Source: Tubiluchus corallicola
Lineage: Eukaryota > Animalia > Priapulida
DNA: 64,000 nt
Direction: 5' to 3'
Assembly (NCBI GenBank): GCA_030141605.1
Contig: JAQGDQ010000650.1
Coordinates: forward strand, 1-64,000
Both the position numbers and the translations under genes were made by a program. The notes under the pieces were generated by a model. It saw only the letters and a list, made by a program, of their open reading frames with translations. It ran no database searches and was not told the origin of the DNA. Shown in pieces: positions 62,731 to 64,000 of the stretch; the stretch's first letter is position 1; each line of letters starts with the position of its first letter.

Positions 62731-63281
62731 GATAATTTGCGTCACGCTATACAAATTCTTCAGTAAGCATTGCAGCTCAGATGTATACACGTATTATGGA
62801 AGTAAGGTACACCTTTTGTATATCTTTAATATTATGCAATAATGAACGCTAATCCTAAAGACTTATAAGATACTTTTGCTTTCAACTCTTTTCTTCATGA
62901 CTAAACATACATGCTTATCCACTTTTGCTAGCTACAAACGAAAAATTAATTTTTATTCATCCTTTGGCGCTAGGTCCTCATAATATTAATTTTAAATACG
63001 TAATTAATTAATTAATGAAATGAAATGAGTGAATAAATGAATAAATAAGCAGCTGAAAATCAAATGACTTGTGATGAAAAAAGAAATAAATAGAAAGAAA
63101 CAAGGAAGAACAGATAAACGAAAAAACAAATGGATAGACAAACAAACAAACAAATGCACAAAACGAGTGAATAGGTGAAAATCGACAATTACCATTAATC
63201 TCATTTATACGCTTATTAACTCTGACTAATTAATAAGCTAGTCTATATATTAATATTCTTGGTATACATATATATATATAT

Positions 63282-63790
63282 AAGATTCGAGGCTGCAGCT
63301 CGGACGAGGGCACCATTTGCGGCGATCTATACGTCAAACGAAAGGTCTCGATCTAGTGTCGCGCCATTGATGGTTTATTTTTCGAATCGGGGCCCACCGG
63401 GACAAACGGGGGGCAAAAAAACCTCCAAAAATGGCCATTTTTCAGCCATTTTTTTGCAAAAGTTATACGTTTGAGATCTGAAGAACGGGAACGGGCCTAT
63501 GGATAGATAGCCCGTTCAACGGTGGGTGTAGTAGGCATATTTAGAATTTGCGAGAGAGTCATGGCGCCCCGCAACGGACGTTTTCCCGGACCCAACTCGC
63601 GATTTTTTCGAAATTTTTGCCAAACAGCCTGCAGAAAAAACTTTCTAGCGACGCCTGGTGGGACTCTCAGAAGGAGATATATAGCTCTTTAGAACGTCCA
63701 CCGAGAGGAGTAGCGAGGAGTTAATTACATGTTCTATTTTCGGCAATTTTCGCTTAGACAACTGCTGACGCAAAGCCATAGTTGTGACGT
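63282..63790. repeat. CpG-rich, probably young interspersed element next to a (TA)n tract
   Basis: Abrupt rise in GC and CpG right after the TA run at about 63268-63282; no credible ORF. Confidence 0.45.
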
Positions 63791-64000
63791 CAACCATTAT
63801 ACTCTGTCTATAAACTTATAACTTTAATTCAGTAAAAGCTGCTACTGGCTTTGCATTATAAATGAGGACTGTGTAGGATGTTCGCGTATTTTTGATGATA
63901 AGTGTACTTATACGCAAATTTTTTTGCGGGGCCTTTGCTAGTAGTTAAATTATTATTTAAAGATAGTCATGTGTGTCTCTTCTTCCCATTATTGAACATT

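Noticed and set aside
62013-63204. Several 65-104 aa ORFs near the window end
   Set aside because: Low-complexity AT-rich or simple-repeat translations with no exon chain.

Overview
AT-rich (about one-third GC by eye), intron-rich animal genomic DNA, probably from an invertebrate. The ORF track is mostly exon fragments and noise. I reconstructed four protein-coding genes by hand from splice sites and reading-frame continuity. (1) The last 19 exons (889 aa, 5' end outside the window, 1-14042, +) of a large, probably secreted protein with about ten beta-rich 40-48 aa repeats, a helical linker and a C-terminal EAR/EPTP beta-propeller (TSPEAR/Closca-like). (2) POLR1E/RPA49 (12 exons, 411 aa, 15154-28170, +), which has a U12-type intron. 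(3) WDR19/IFT144 (34 coding exons, 1348 aa, 29522-59157, +), which has one GC-AG intron. (4) POLR1D/AC19 (2 coding exons, 112 aa, 56052-55401, -), nested antisense in WDR19 intron 28. The introns contain MITEs, an internally deleted hAT with both filled and empty sites visible, a Helentron-like element, SINEs, and decayed LINE and Tc1/mariner copies. The most unusual structure is a ~0.6 kb inverted self-duplication inside POLR1E. It copies most of intron 8 plus the acceptor and start of exon 9 into intron 4, bracketing the exons that contain the U12 intron. I found no rRNA, intact tRNA gene or CRISPR array, and no clearly new biological system; all findings are hypotheses to test.
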